Shown: positions 28,914 to 39,749, counted from the first letter of the stretch. The stretch: 64,000 nucleotides of DNA from a bacterium (GCA_046735355.1 JBKPTC010000031.1:159-64158); one strand, 5' to 3'. Translations and numbers: made by a program. Notes: generated by a model from the sequence alone, not told the origin.

Positions 28914-29723
28914 TCAGGACGTCTTGCGTGCGAGGAACACGACGGTACGCGTCTCGGCGGTGGGCTCCGCACCGGTGTAGTCGGCCGTCAGCCGGACCGA
29001 GAAGCCCTCCCGCTCGATCAGCATCTCGAGCTCGTGTGTGAAGAACACCGTCATGCTGAGCCGATGCTCGTCGCGCTCGACGAGCTCGTCACCGACCCAT
29101 CGGTATCCGCGGATGTCCGCGACGACGCGCTGCTCGAGCGGGTCGACGTCGACTAACCGTCCGCCGAGCGCGTAGTCAGAGCCATCCGATGCTCGACGCC
29201 GCTCGCCCGGTTCGCTCCACGGACCGGGGAGCTCGCGCCGCTCCTCGCTCCTCCAGAAGCGCCACCCGTCGTCGGCGTAGGGGACGTCGTTGTCCAGGAT
29301 CAGCAGGCCGCCGGGCTCCAGGTGCTCGTGAAATCGTCGGAGCGCCGTCTCGGCCTGGCGCCGGTCGCTCCCGAGGCCGAAGCCTCCACAGACGTAGATC
29401 GTCCGATAGGGCCGCCCGATGTCCAGCTCGTGCATCGCTTGCCGGTACAGCCGTGGGGACAGCCCCTCCCGCTCCGCGCGTTCCCGACAGAGCGACAGCA
29501 TGTCTTCCGACACGTCGCAGCCATCCACATCCAGGCCGGACGCGAGGTAGGGGATCAGCAGCCGTCCGGTCCCGCACGCGACGTCGAGCGCGGGCTGGCC
29601 GGCCTCGACGAAGGTCCTCACGTAGTCGATCTCCGGGCCGGAGGTGTTGAACTCGGCCCACCACTTCGCGATGACGCCGTGATGCCAGGTCGGGTGATCC
29701 GGCGGGCCCCCGGTGGACGTCAC
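28914..29723 (-). CDS. Class I SAM-dependent methyltransferase.
   Basis: ALDVACGTGRLLIPYLASGLDVDGCDVSEDML matches motif I. Confidence 0.8.
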   Translation of the reverse strand: MTSTGGPPDHPTWHHGVIAKWWAEFNTSGPEIDYVRTFVEAGQPALDVACGTGRLLIPYLASGLDVDGCDVSEDMLSLCRERAEREGLSPRLYRQAMHELDIGRPYRTIYVCGGFGLGSDRRQAETALRRFHEHLEPGGLLILDNDVPYADDGWRFWRSEERRELPGPWSEPGERRRASDGSDYALGGRLVDVDPLEQRVVADIRGYRWVGDELVERDEHRLSMTVFFTHELEMLIEREGFSVRLTADYTGAEPTAETRTVVFLARKTS

Positions 29724-29732
29724 CGTTCGAGC

Positions 29733-32405
29733 CTAGTCGCGACGGTCGAGGCGTGTGACCGGCGCGAACGCCGCGCCCGCCGCGATCTGGCGCAACCGGT
29801 CCACGAGCGCCTCCGCCAGCGGATCCGCATGAGCGGATCCGAGGAGCGGGAACGTGCACAGGATCCCGGCGCCGCCGCCGTGGGCGAACGCCGCGACGGT
29901 CGCGCGCATCCGATGCAGCCACCCGAGGTAGTGGCCGGCGAGCACGTCGGCGCGCTGCGCCGGCGTGTATCCGTCGATGACGAACCGTGGTGTCAGGCCG
30001 TCGAAGGCGAGGTCGACGGCGGGGCCGACCGCGAGGTTCCGGGTGAGCGCCGGCGAGAGCCATCCCATACCGGCCGCGAGCGCCCAGCCGCTGCCGTAGA
30101 GGGAGCTCGCATCGCCGTTCTCGCACCCGAACGCCTCGAGATGCACGGCACCGTCCGCGGGCAGGGCGTCCTCGTCCATCGCGACGATGACGGCCCGTCC
30201 GCCGCCCCGGAGGTGCGCCTCGACGTCGCCCCACCGGGTGGCGACCGGGATGTCTCCGAGCGGATGCTCGCTCGCCGCGGGGAACAGCCAGATTGGTGCG
30301 TCGTTCGTCGCGACGATCCGATCGCCGTCGACCCACCGGGTGAGGAGGGTCGTCCTCGTCGGATGCTCGACGCCCGGCGCCTCGATCTCGATCCGCTCTC
30401 CGGACGGCGTACTCCCGCCGATGTCGAGCGGTTCCAACCGCCACCGGACCTCGCCCCTCGCGGCGCCGTCGCGCGCCATGGTCATCACACCCACGAGGAT
30501 CCGTTCGCCCGACCGGTACCGGTTGCGTTCGGGGAGCGCGATCACCACGTCCGGCGCGTTCACGCGGCGGAGCCGTTCGAGTCCGGCCTTCGGGCGCCGG
30601 CGCATGTCGAGCAGGCCGTTCGCCTCCCAATGCACGTCGGTGAACTCCGTCACGACGTATCCGGCGATCTGCGGATGGGAGCGCAGGTCCTCGATCTGCA
30701 GGCTCAGCCCGTCCACCTCGTGCCGCTGACTGACATCGACGAACGCCTCGAACGAGCCGAAGACCTCCGCGAGACCCCACTCGTCGAACCGCTCGCGAAC
30801 GCCGGCGGGACGCACGATCCCCGCGCTGGTATCCCCGCCGGTCTCGAACCACCAGGGTTCCCGGCCGTCGGCGTCCTGCAAGCCCTCGGGATCCGGAAGT
30901 CCCCACATCCCGAACTCGGAGAGGATCAGCGGCTCCGATCCGCGCCGGCTCGCGTCGCGGAAAGGGCTGTACGTCGCCGACGGATCGGACACCCAGCCGG
31001 CCGTCCAGTCGCGCCAGGACGCGGTCTGTTCGGGGACCGAGCGGTAGAGGTGGAAGTCGTTGAGATCGGACTCGACATGGAAGCTCGGCGGACAGGCCGA
31101 GTTGTCGACGACGAGCCGCGTCGGATCGAGCGATCGCGCCCAGCGATACGTCTCGCGGAGCCATTCGCGATCGCCCGGGTCGGTCGCGAGGTCCGTTCCC
31201 CAGTCCTCGTTGACGATGCTCCGGATGACCAGCGACGGGTGGTTCGCGTCGCGCCGCACCATCCCCTCGAAGGTCTCGCGGGCGCGCCGCCTCGCGTCCT
31301 CGGTCGAACGGCTCCAGCTCGGCGGCTCCTCCCACACCAGCACGCCGCCCCGATCGGCGGCGTCGAGGTAGCGCGGGTCCGGCGGCTTGATGTGGCAGCG
31401 AAGCAGGTTGAGGCCGAGCTCTCGGGCGCGCCGCATCTGCTCGGCGAGCTCGGTCGTCGTTCCGGGCGTGCAAACGTCCCCCATCCAATAGTCCTGATCC
31501 AACGCGCCCAGCAGGTACACGGGCTCGTCGTTGAGGACGACCCTTCCGTCGCGCACGCCCACCGTCCGGAAGCCGAACGAGTCGGCAGCGCGGTCGACGA
31601 CGCGATCGCCCTCGAGAACCTCGAGGTCGAGCTCGTACAGATGCGGTGCGCCGGGCGACCACGGCTGCGGGTCCGGTACGATCGCCCGCACCGCGAGCTC
31701 CCCGGGCTCGGCGACGCCCGCCGCGCGCTCGTGCCCATCGTCGTCGAGGACAAGCCACCGCAGCCGGCGCTCGGCCGGCGCGCCGCCGAGCTGCACGCGC
31801 GCCGACAGCTCCGCCGACGCGGGGTCCGCCCGGATCTCGATGCGCTCGACGAACGTCTCGCCGCGCCGCTCGAGCCACACGGACTGCCAGATGCCGCCGA
31901 TCGGCCCGTACCAGCTCTGCTTGCCGTGCGGGATCTCGGCGAACGGGAACGGGCCGGCGTCGTCGTCCGGCCCGACGTCGAGTACGCGGACGGTCACCGT
32001 GTTCGCCGCGTTCGGTTGGATCAGCTCGGTGACGTCGAGGACGAACGGGAGATAGCCACCCTCGTGCTCGCCGGCGAGCCGGCCGTTCACCCACACCGAG
32101 GCGAAGTAGTCCACGGCTCCGAAGCCCAGGTGGATCCGGCCGCGGACCGGACCCAGCGGTTCGAGCACGCGCTCGTACCATGCGGTGCCGGCCCAGAGGC
32201 GGAGGTCGTCGAACTGCGCCTGCCACGGCGCCGGGACGCGCACGCGCCTGGGGGCGCCGCACGCTCGGTTGCGTTCCTCGACAGCGACGAAGCGCGCACC
32301 CGGTCCGGTCGGGAGCGCGCCGACGAGGTCGGGCCAGAACGACCAGTCCCCGTCGAGCGATGCACGGAACCGTTCTCGGGCAGAGGGAACGTTCCCGCGA
32401 ATCAC
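29733..32405 (-). CDS. Glycoside hydrolase family 2 (beta-galactosidase/beta-mannosidase-like), about 890 aa.
   Basis: The GTG start overlaps the AKR stop (GTGA at 32402-32405). N-terminal RASLDGDWSFWP...VPAPWQAQF sugar-binding domain. GH2 TIM-barrel region NLLRCHIKPPDPRYLDAADRGGVLVWEEPPSW...IVNEDWG. The ORF upstream of 32405 is R-rich junk. Confidence 0.8.
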   Translation of the reverse strand: MIRGNVPSARERFRASLDGDWSFWPDLVGALPTGPGARFVAVEERNRACGAPRRVRVPAPWQAQFDDLRLWAGTAWYERVLEPLGPVRGRIHLGFGAVDYFASVWVNGRLAGEHEGGYLPFVLDVTELIQPNAANTVTVRVLDVGPDDDAGPFPFAEIPHGKQSWYGPIGGIWQSVWLERRGETFVERIEIRADPASAELSARVQLGGAPAERRLRWLVLDDDGHERAAGVAEPGELAVRAIVPDPQPWSPGAPHLYELDLEVLEGDRVVDRAADSFGFRTVGVRDGRVVLNDEPVYLLGALDQDYWMGDVCTPGTTTELAEQMRRARELGLNLLRCHIKPPDPRYLDAADRGGVLVWEEPPSWSRSTEDARRRARETFEGMVRRDANHPSLVIRSIVNEDWGTDLATDPGDREWLRETYRWARSLDPTRLVVDNSACPPSFHVESDLNDFHLYRSVPEQTASWRDWTAGWVSDPSATYSPFRDASRRGSEPLILSEFGMWGLPDPEGLQDADGREPWWFETGGDTSAGIVRPAGVRERFDEWGLAEVFGSFEAFVDVSQRHEVDGLSLQIEDLRSHPQIAGYVVTEFTDVHWEANGLLDMRRRPKAGLERLRRVNAPDVVIALPERNRYRSGERILVGVMTMARDGAARGEVRWRLEPLDIGGSTPSGERIEIEAPGVEHPTRTTLLTRWVDGDRIVATNDAPIWLFPAASEHPLGDIPVATRWGDVEAHLRGGGRAVIVAMDEDALPADGAVHLEAFGCENGDASSLYGSGWALAAGMGWLSPALTRNLAVGPAVDLAFDGLTPRFVIDGYTPAQRADVLAGHYLGWLHRMRATVAAFAHGGGAGILCTFPLLGSAHADPLAEALVDRLRQIAAGAAFAPVTRLDRRD

Positions 32406-33328
32406 GCCGGGCCCGGCGCGACCTTGTCGATGAGCCGCCGCTCCTCGTCGGAGAGCTGAGTGCCCGCCGCAGCCGCGTTCTGCTCGACCTGTCGGGGATC
32501 CTTCGCACCCGGGATGGTCGTCGACACGGCCGGGTCCGAGAGGACGAACGAGAGCGCGATCTGGGACAGCGGTCGATCGTCGCTCTGGAGCCGTCGCAGC
32601 CGCTCGGTCTGCTCGAGCTGGTCGGCGTACCATGCCTCGCCTAGCCATCCACGCCTGATGTCGCCCTGGGGGAACGTCGTCTCGGGTGTGAACTTGCCGG
32701 TGAGAATCCCCATGCGCAGCGATCCGCGTGCGAGCGTCCCGATCTGGTGCTCGAGGGCGTACGGGAGAAGCTCGGCCTCGGGCGAGCGGTTGAGGATCGA
32801 GTAGTCGAACTGAAGAACCTCGCATGTCCCGTTCCGATCGAAATGCCGGAGGTGATCGATCTCGTTCGTGCTCACGCCGTAGGAGCGGATCTTGCCGTCG
32901 GCCCGCAGCTTGTCGAACGCCTCGACGAACACCTCGGTGTTCTCGTCCCACCAGAGATGACACTGATAGACGTCGATGCGGTCCGTCCGCAACCGACGCA
33001 GCGATCCCTCGCAGCTCTCGATCACCATTGCGGGATCGGTGTATGCGTTCGGCCGCTCGCCACCGCTGTGCCACAGGCCGACCTTCGTCGCGATCACCGC
33101 ATCGTCCCGCCGCCCCTGGAGCGCTCGGCCGACGATCTCCTCGCTCCGGCCGCGCCCGTACACGTCCGCCGTGTCGAACAGGTTGATCCCAAGGTCGACC
33201 GCGCGGCGGATCGCGGCATCGGACGTCCGGTCATCCACCGGGCCCCAGGCATCCCCGCCGATCGCCCAGCACCCCATGCCGACCTCCGACACGCGGATGC
33301 CCGTTCGCCCCAGCCCCCGGTACTGCAT
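32402..33328 (-). CDS. Aldo/keto reductase.
   Basis: RBS aggaagaaagggg before ATG (complement of 33326-33328). MQYRGLGRTGIRVSEVGMGCWAIGG...NLFDTADVYGRGRSEEIVGRAL. Confidence 0.85.
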   Translation of the reverse strand: MQYRGLGRTGIRVSEVGMGCWAIGGDAWGPVDDRTSDAAIRRAVDLGINLFDTADVYGRGRSEEIVGRALQGRRDDAVIATKVGLWHSGGERPNAYTDPAMVIESCEGSLRRLRTDRIDVYQCHLWWDENTEVFVEAFDKLRADGKIRSYGVSTNEIDHLRHFDRNGTCEVLQFDYSILNRSPEAELLPYALEHQIGTLARGSLRMGILTGKFTPETTFPQGDIRRGWLGEAWYADQLEQTERLRRLQSDDRPLSQIALSFVLSDPAVSTTIPGAKDPRQVEQNAAAAGTQLSDEERRLIDKVAPGPA

Positions 33329-33365
33329 CGAATCGACCCCTTTCTTCCTGGTCCCGGCTCGGCTT

Positions 33366-34292
33366 TCAGGTGCTCTCGGGCACGCCCCAGTGCGACAGGC
33401 CGAGGAACGGATAGCGGCTCGCGTCGGCCATTCCGAGCGCGTCGAGGAACTTCGCGAACCCCCACCGCGGCCGATACCCCAACACCCGCTTGGCCTTTTC
33501 GACGGGCCACAGGAAGCGCGCCCAGATGTGCTCTCGCGGGTCGATGCCCCTGCGTTCGAAGACCTCAGTGCATCCGGGCCAGTGGCGCTCGAGGACCGCG
33601 ACCGGATCATCGTGCATGGCGCGCGCGTCGGCCTGCACGAACGGGGTGTCGGCCATGATGTCGAACGCGTCGAAGCCGCCGTCCGGGTCGTGATCGAGGG
33701 CCACGAGCACCGAGTGTGCGACGTCCCGCTCGTCGACGCCGCCGAAGAGCAGGCGAAACCCGTAGTGCTCGAACGAGGCCGGCACGTACATCCCGAACCG
33801 CAAGGCGACGACGCGCATTCGGCCGATCCGACCGTTGTACCGTCCGAGCTCCTCAGCGAGAACCTTCGAGGCGCCGTAGACGTCCGTCGGCAGCGTCGGC
33901 AGGCCCTCGTGCACCCACGCCCACGCGTCGGAGGGTGCCTCGAGACTGCGACCGTAGACGCCCATCGTGCTCGCGAGCACAACGCGGTCGATGCTGGCGC
34001 CGGCGGCCGCCTCGAACACGTTGAACGCACCGTCGACGTTGATCGAGAAGAAATCGCGCGCGGGCCAGTGGGCGAGATGAATGCCGTGCAGGGCCGCCGC
34101 GTGGACTACCGCGTCACAGCCGTCGACCGCCTTCGCGACCGCGTCGGCGTCGCGGACGTCGCCGACGATGGACTCGACCGATTCGTCGATCGGGCGGAAG
34201 TCGAACGCGACGGGCTCGTGACCGGCCTCCCGCAGCGCAGGGATCGTCGCCCGTCCGAGGTTCCCGCCGGCGCCGGTGATCAGGACGCGCAC
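33366..34292 (-). CDS. NAD-dependent epimerase/dehydratase family protein.
   Basis: MRVLITGAGGNLGRATIPALREAGHEPVAFD Rossmann motif. Catalytic-region Y..ASK (VYGASKVLAEE). Confidence 0.85.
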   Translation of the reverse strand: MRVLITGAGGNLGRATIPALREAGHEPVAFDFRPIDESVESIVGDVRDADAVAKAVDGCDAVVHAAALHGIHLAHWPARDFFSINVDGAFNVFEAAAGASIDRVVLASTMGVYGRSLEAPSDAWAWVHEGLPTLPTDVYGASKVLAEELGRYNGRIGRMRVVALRFGMYVPASFEHYGFRLLFGGVDERDVAHSVLVALDHDPDGGFDAFDIMADTPFVQADARAMHDDPVAVLERHWPGCTEVFERRGIDPREHIWARFLWPVEKAKRVLGYRPRWGFAKFLDALGMADASRYPFLGLSHWGVPEST

Positions 34293-34296
34293 GTCG

Positions 34297-35313
34297 TCAT
34301 CCCCCTGTTCCGACCGCCGGCGCCTCGTCGGACTCGACCGAGGGTCCCGACCCGCCGTTGACGACCGGCCACCCGTTCACCCACTCGATCGGATCGATGA
34401 AGAGGTAGCGGTAATTCGTGAAGTCTCCTCGAATCATCGCGTGGTACACGATCCAGTCGCGGCCGTCGCCGTCCCGGATCGTCGAGTTATGGCCCGGGGC
34501 GTTCACGCTCGCGTTCGCGGCGAGGATCGGGTTGTTGGGGTCGCGCTCGAATGGTCCCGTCGGGGACGAGGAGCGGGCCACCATCACCGCGTAGTGCGCC
34601 TCGGTCCCACAGCACGCGTCTCCCGAGTACATCAGGTAGAAGAAGCCGCCGTGCCGCAGCACCCAGGCACCCTCGACGAGACCCTCGTACGGCCGGTCCG
34701 ACGGCTCGAGGACGTCCGTCCGCTCGCCCTCGAGCGCGAGGCCGTCGTCCGAGAGCCGCTGGACGTGGATCGGCACACCGTCGGAGCCCCAGTAGATGTA
34801 CTTCGTCCCGTCGGCCTGCATGACGAACGGATCGATCGCGTCGAATCCCTTCTCGCCGACGATGAGTGGCTTTCCGATCGCGTCCTCGAACGGACCGGAG
34901 GGGCTCGCGGAGGTCGCGACCCCGATCGCCATCCGCGCCGTCTCGAGGTAGCGCGCGGAGAAGTAGAGGTAGTAGGTCGCCCCGAACCGGACGATGTGCG
35001 GCGCCCAGATGTCGCCGTTGTCCGTGCCCGGCGGCGTCCAGTCAGGGCGCTCGCTGAACGCGTCGCCGACGAGCCTCCAATGGACGAGGTCGGTCGAGTG
35101 CAGCACCGGGACGTTGTAGAAGACCGCGTCGTGATACGACTGCGTCGTGTACGCGTAGTAGGACCCGTCGTCGGCCCGGATGATCGACGGGTCGGGAGCA
35201 TCGTTGTGCAGGACGGGGTTCCGGTACGCGGGGTCTCGTGATTGCACGAACCAGACGGCCACGGCGCCGACCAAGGCGACGACGGCGACCGCGACGAGGA
35301 GCCGGCGCGTCAC
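34297..35313 (-). CDS. Glycoside hydrolase family 43, membrane-anchored or secreted.
   Basis: N-terminal TM/signal MTRRLLVAVAVVALVGAVAVWF. NPVLHNDAPDPSIIRADDGSYYAYTTQS...STDLVHWRLVGDAF...WAPHIVRFGATYYLYFSA are the GH43 blade motifs. Confidence 0.85.
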   Translation of the reverse strand: MTRRLLVAVAVVALVGAVAVWFVQSRDPAYRNPVLHNDAPDPSIIRADDGSYYAYTTQSYHDAVFYNVPVLHSTDLVHWRLVGDAFSERPDWTPPGTDNGDIWAPHIVRFGATYYLYFSARYLETARMAIGVATSASPSGPFEDAIGKPLIVGEKGFDAIDPFVMQADGTKYIYWGSDGVPIHVQRLSDDGLALEGERTDVLEPSDRPYEGLVEGAWVLRHGGFFYLMYSGDACCGTEAHYAVMVARSSSPTGPFERDPNNPILAANASVNAPGHNSTIRDGDGRDWIVYHAMIRGDFTNYRYLFIDPIEWVNGWPVVNGGSGPSVESDEAPAVGTGG

Positions 35314-35368
35314 GTCGGTCCGCCGCCTCGCGTGGCGTTTCGCATGCGGGCGAGTCTAGCGATGGCCT

Positions 35369-35427
35369 GCCGGCCGTTCCGGCCGGCTCGCTCCGGCTCT
35401 GCCGGCCGTTCCGGCCGGCTCGCTCCG
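35369..35427. repeat. Two direct repeats (32-bp period), each holding the GC-rich palindrome gccggccg-ttc-cggccggc, in the divergent promoter between GH43 (-) and the ABC ATPase (+). Candidate operator sites.
   Basis: gccggccgttccggccggctcgctccg at 35369-35395 and again at 35401-35427. Stem gccggccg / cggccggc. Confidence 0.55.
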
Positions 35428-35480
35428 CTCGGGCGGCCATCGTAGAGTCCGGTTACCCAACGTTGGTGGCCGGAGGTGCG

Positions 35481-36743
<1,263 letters not shown>

Positions 36744-37196
36744 GCAGCGCGTTCGGCGTCGGACGCGACGTCCGGCTCTGGCGATCTGACGGTCACGGCG
36801 ATCCGACGACCCCGGTCGCGACCCGTACTCCTGTCCGTCGCGTCTGGCGCGACCCGGGGAACCTTGACCCGCACGCCGAGCGGGCGGATAGTTCGAGGGT
36901 CGCCGTTTCGCGGGGGCGCAATTGGTTGCGTCGAAGCCTCGACCCCTTCCGAACCTTCCGCGAAACGTGTGGGTGCTCGGCCGTGCGTCCTGGGAGTTAG
37001 CCCCGTGTTTCGGTTCCCTACGCCTGCCGGGAGGCGCTCAGCAATCTCGGCGGTTTAACGATGGGCGCGGAGGACAAGCCGTTGGCGCTCCGATCGTTCA
37101 CGGATCGATCGGTCTAACGGACGCGCACTCGAGCGTGAGGAAATCTTCGGACCAACGTCTGGTTGGAAGCTGAGACATGACCCTGGCCGGAAGGTC

Positions 37197-38378
37197 CTAG
37201 GGCGTATAGCCCACGGCGGTGGCCCAGGCGAGGTCCACGTGGAGGGTGCCCGAGGCATCGGACGTATCCACCGTCACCGTGGACGGCACGCGGTTGCCGG
37301 TCGGCGACAGGATCGTGGCCGACCCGGTCCAGCCGATGAAGTTCTTGGTGGAGTAAAGCACTCTCGCGAGCGGCACCTGCTGGAAGTTGTGGGCCTTGAT
37401 CGCGCTCTGCACAAGGAGGTTGACCGAGTCGAAGGTGTAGGGACTCCACAGGCCGGGTGCCGAGTGGAATTTGGCCTCGAAGGCGGACAGGAAGGGGGCC
37501 GAGCCCGCGAAGTCGGACGGGGCGGGCACGCCGAGCACGGGGCAGTTTTGGACGGCAGGGATCCCGGCGTCGGTCACGTAGCCAACCGAGGCCGAGGCGT
37601 AGTCAGACAGGCAGTTCGTGCCCGCGCCGACCTCAAGCATCTGGTCGGCCACCAGCGCGCCCTCGGGGTAGTACAGGTCGGCGTAGACCCCGGTCGGATG
37701 GGTTGCCAGGGCCTGGGCCACGGCTGCCTGGATCACGGCGGGATCGTTGGTGGCGCTGGGGATGATCGGGATGTTGGCGGATACGGTGACTCCAGCGGCC
37801 TGGAGCCCGGCCACGAGCGAGGCGTCTGCCCCCTGGGTATAAGCGGTGGAGTTGTCATAGACGACGGCCACCGAGGTGTTCTTCTGCCAGGTAGTCAAGG
37901 CCTGCACGGCGATCGGCGAGATCTGGTCGTTCATGGGCTGGAGCGTGACACCGTAGCCTTCGGTCGAGGTCGACGAGGTGAGGCGGATCGGGACCAGCTT
38001 GTCCTTGATGAACAGCGGCAATGTCTGCAGGCCTACCCCCGAGTTGTACGGACCCACCACCCCGTCGAGTCCGGCCCGGATGGCAGCCTTGGCTGCAGCC
38101 ACGCCGACGGTAGGATCGGCCGCATCGTCGATCGGGACGATCTGGACCTGACGTCCGAGCACCCCACCGGCCGCGTTGATCTGGTCGGCGGCTAGTTGAG
38201 CACCCTCGAGCATGCCGATGCCGACATCGGACTGGCTTCCGGTGAGCGGTCCCTCGAGGCCGATCTTCCAGACCTTGGGCTGGGATGCTCGGACCGTGCC
38301 CTGGGCTGCCGCATCAAAAGAGGTGATGAACAAGGCCACGCCCAGGGTGAAGGCGAGCTTCTTGGCGAGATGACGCAT
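37197..38378 (-). CDS. ABC transporter substrate-binding protein, Leu/Ile/Val-binding (LivJ-like) family.
   Basis: Signal peptide MRHLAKKLAFTLGVALFITSFDAAAQG, then a periplasmic-binding-protein type I pattern (IGLEGPLTGSQSDVGIGMLEGAQLAADQINAAGGVLGRQV). Confidence 0.8.
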   Translation of the reverse strand: MRHLAKKLAFTLGVALFITSFDAAAQGTVRASQPKVWKIGLEGPLTGSQSDVGIGMLEGAQLAADQINAAGGVLGRQVQIVPIDDAADPTVGVAAAKAAIRAGLDGVVGPYNSGVGLQTLPLFIKDKLVPIRLTSSTSTEGYGVTLQPMNDQISPIAVQALTTWQKNTSVAVVYDNSTAYTQGADASLVAGLQAAGVTVSANIPIIPSATNDPAVIQAAVAQALATHPTGVYADLYYPEGALVADQMLEVGAGTNCLSDYASASVGYVTDAGIPAVQNCPVLGVPAPSDFAGSAPFLSAFEAKFHSAPGLWSPYTFDSVNLLVQSAIKAHNFQQVPLARVLYSTKNFIGWTGSATILSPTGNRVPSTVTVDTSDASGTLHVDLAWATAVGYTP

Positions 38379-38444
38379 TGAAGCTCCATTTTAGGTCGAG
38401 GTGGGGCCGGAGTGTCCAGGATGACCCCGAACACGACAGTGGAT

Positions 38445-38488
38445 GGTCGCCGGGCAGGAATCGATCCTGCGACACGCGGTCAGGAACC
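38445..38488. repeat. Degenerate second copy of the tRNA-Arg 3' end (about 80% identity), 107 bp from the intact tRNA. Likely an older att remnant or a tRNA pseudogene fragment.
   Basis: ggtcgccgggcaggaatcgatcctgcgAcacgcggtcaggaacc shares the same 1-nt insertion as the copy at 17969-18013. It lacks a D-arm and 5' acceptor, so it is not a functional tRNA. Confidence 0.5.
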
Positions 38489-38595
38489 TGATGGCCACCG
38501 CTGTCCGCTTACCTTGTACGCCAGCGGTTATGTGCTGGGTCCGTCGAGTCTGGACGAGACCGGTCCGATCAGCGACGCAAAGCCGCTGGTGGAGG

Positions 38596-38667
38596 TGCCC
38601 CCGGCAGGAATCGAACCTGCGCACGCGGTTTAGGAAACCGCTGCTCTATCCACTGAGCTACGAGGGC
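38596..38667 (-). tRNA. tRNA-Arg (anticodon CCT).
   Basis: Reverse complement GCCCTCG-TA-GCTC-AGTGGATA-GAGC-A-GCGGT-TTCCTAA-ACCGC-GTGC-GCAGG-TTCGATT-CCTGC-CGGGGGC-A folds into a canonical cloverleaf. The 7-bp acceptor has one G-U pair. T-loop TTCGATT. Anticodon loop T-T-CCT-A-A. Confidence 0.85.
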
Positions 38668-38738
38668 CACCGTCGCAGGATAACGAGCGGCGCGCAGAGG
38701 ATCGCGCAGGGCTCTAGTCCTCCGCGTCCGAAGCGTTA

Positions 38739-38780
38739 CACAAAGAGATCGGTGCGGCCGCTTGGGGAAACAGCCGCACC
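38739..38780 (-). terminator. Rho-independent terminator candidate downstream of the PD40 gene.
   Basis: Hairpin ggtgcggc-N14-gccgcacc (38751-38780), followed on the minus strand by the T-rich tract gatcTcTTTgTgT. Confidence 0.45.
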
Positions 38781-38834
38781 CATCTCGTCACCTATGGCCG
38801 GTCGAGTTGACTGGCCCAGGTAGTCAGCGTCCTC

Positions 38835-39749
38835 CTACGACGTCGTGTCGGCGTCCGCGATCTTGTAGATGCCTCCCGAGGCGTCGGGACAGTGGTTCCG
38901 GATGAGGTACGCGGTCGTCGACCCGCCCGGCTCGTCGAACGCGAACGTCACGAACGCGTCGAACCCGCGGCGAATCCTCGCGATGACGGTGCCCGGACCG
39001 CCGACCGGGTAGCGGACGATGCGCGCCCGCAGCCCGCAACGCCAGACGTCATGACCGCCCGCCCGAGTCATGTAGACGGTTCCGTCGACGTCGATGCCGC
39101 CCGCGTACTGTTGCAGGTCCGGATTCTCGATCTTCTCGAGGCCCTCCGTCGAGATCTGATACCGGAATAGGTTGCATCTCCGAAGCGCACCGCGCCGCAC
39201 CGCACATGTCTCGAAGGTGGCCCAGTCGCCGTTCACCTGGTCCGACACGACGTATCCCCGCCCCTTGTGCAGGATCCGCTGCTCGTCGGTCGTGAGGTTG
39301 TACAGGATCACCTTCGTGCGACGGCCGAGCCTCGTGAAGAGCAGCCAGTCACCGGAAAGGGACGGCCGGTTCTCGAACTTGTCCGAGTTAACCGCCGCTG
39401 GAAGCGCAGAACCAGTGTCCGTCGCAGCGTCGTACAGCGCGAGGTTTCCGTGGCCGTGCCGTGACACCTGATACACGACGGTCGAGCCGTCGATCCCGAC
39501 GCTGTAGCTTCGCGTACCGCGCGGATTGACGCGTACGGGGTCGCCGCCGCCGACCGGGCGAACGAAGCTGTTGTAGTGGCTCGGATGCGCGATCGAGTTC
39601 TGCGACCACGCGAAGTAGGTGCCGGAAACGGCAACCGACCCCTCGTCGACGTCCCGGTCGTCCGTCACCTTCGTGAGGGTGGCGGCTTCGGCGGTCGGCA
39701 TGACGCCGAGCGTCAGAACGCCGATCAGCACGAGCGCGATGCGCTTCAT
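38835..39749 (-). CDS. Secreted PD40/WD40-like beta-propeller protein.
   Basis: Signal peptide MKRIALVLIGVLTLGVMPTAEA. Repeated beta-propeller blade motifs (GSVAVSGTYFAW, DGSTVVYQVS, SGDWLLFTR, NGDWATFE). Confidence 0.7.
   Translation of the reverse strand: MKRIALVLIGVLTLGVMPTAEAATLTKVTDDRDVDEGSVAVSGTYFAWSQNSIAHPSHYNSFVRPVGGGDPVRVNPRGTRSYSVGIDGSTVVYQVSRHGHGNLALYDAATDTGSALPAAVNSDKFENRPSLSGDWLLFTRLGRRTKVILYNLTTDEQRILHKGRGYVVSDQVNGDWATFETCAVRRGALRRCNLFRYQISTEGLEKIENPDLQQYAGGIDVDGTVYMTRAGGHDVWRCGLRARIVRYPVGGPGTVIARIRRGFDAFVTFAFDEPGGSTTAYLIRNHCPDASGGIYKIADADTTS

Noticed and set aside
34551-35241. Plus-strand ORFs 34276-35241 and 34551-34823 inside the GH43 region
   Set aside because: Antisense to the GH43 gene, which carries unmistakable family motifs.
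38445-38530. Second complete tRNA gene next to tRNA-Arg
   Set aside because: I could not build a D-arm or a 5' acceptor strand complementary to CCCGGCG. The T-loop is ATCGATT. It is treated as a fragment or att remnant instead.
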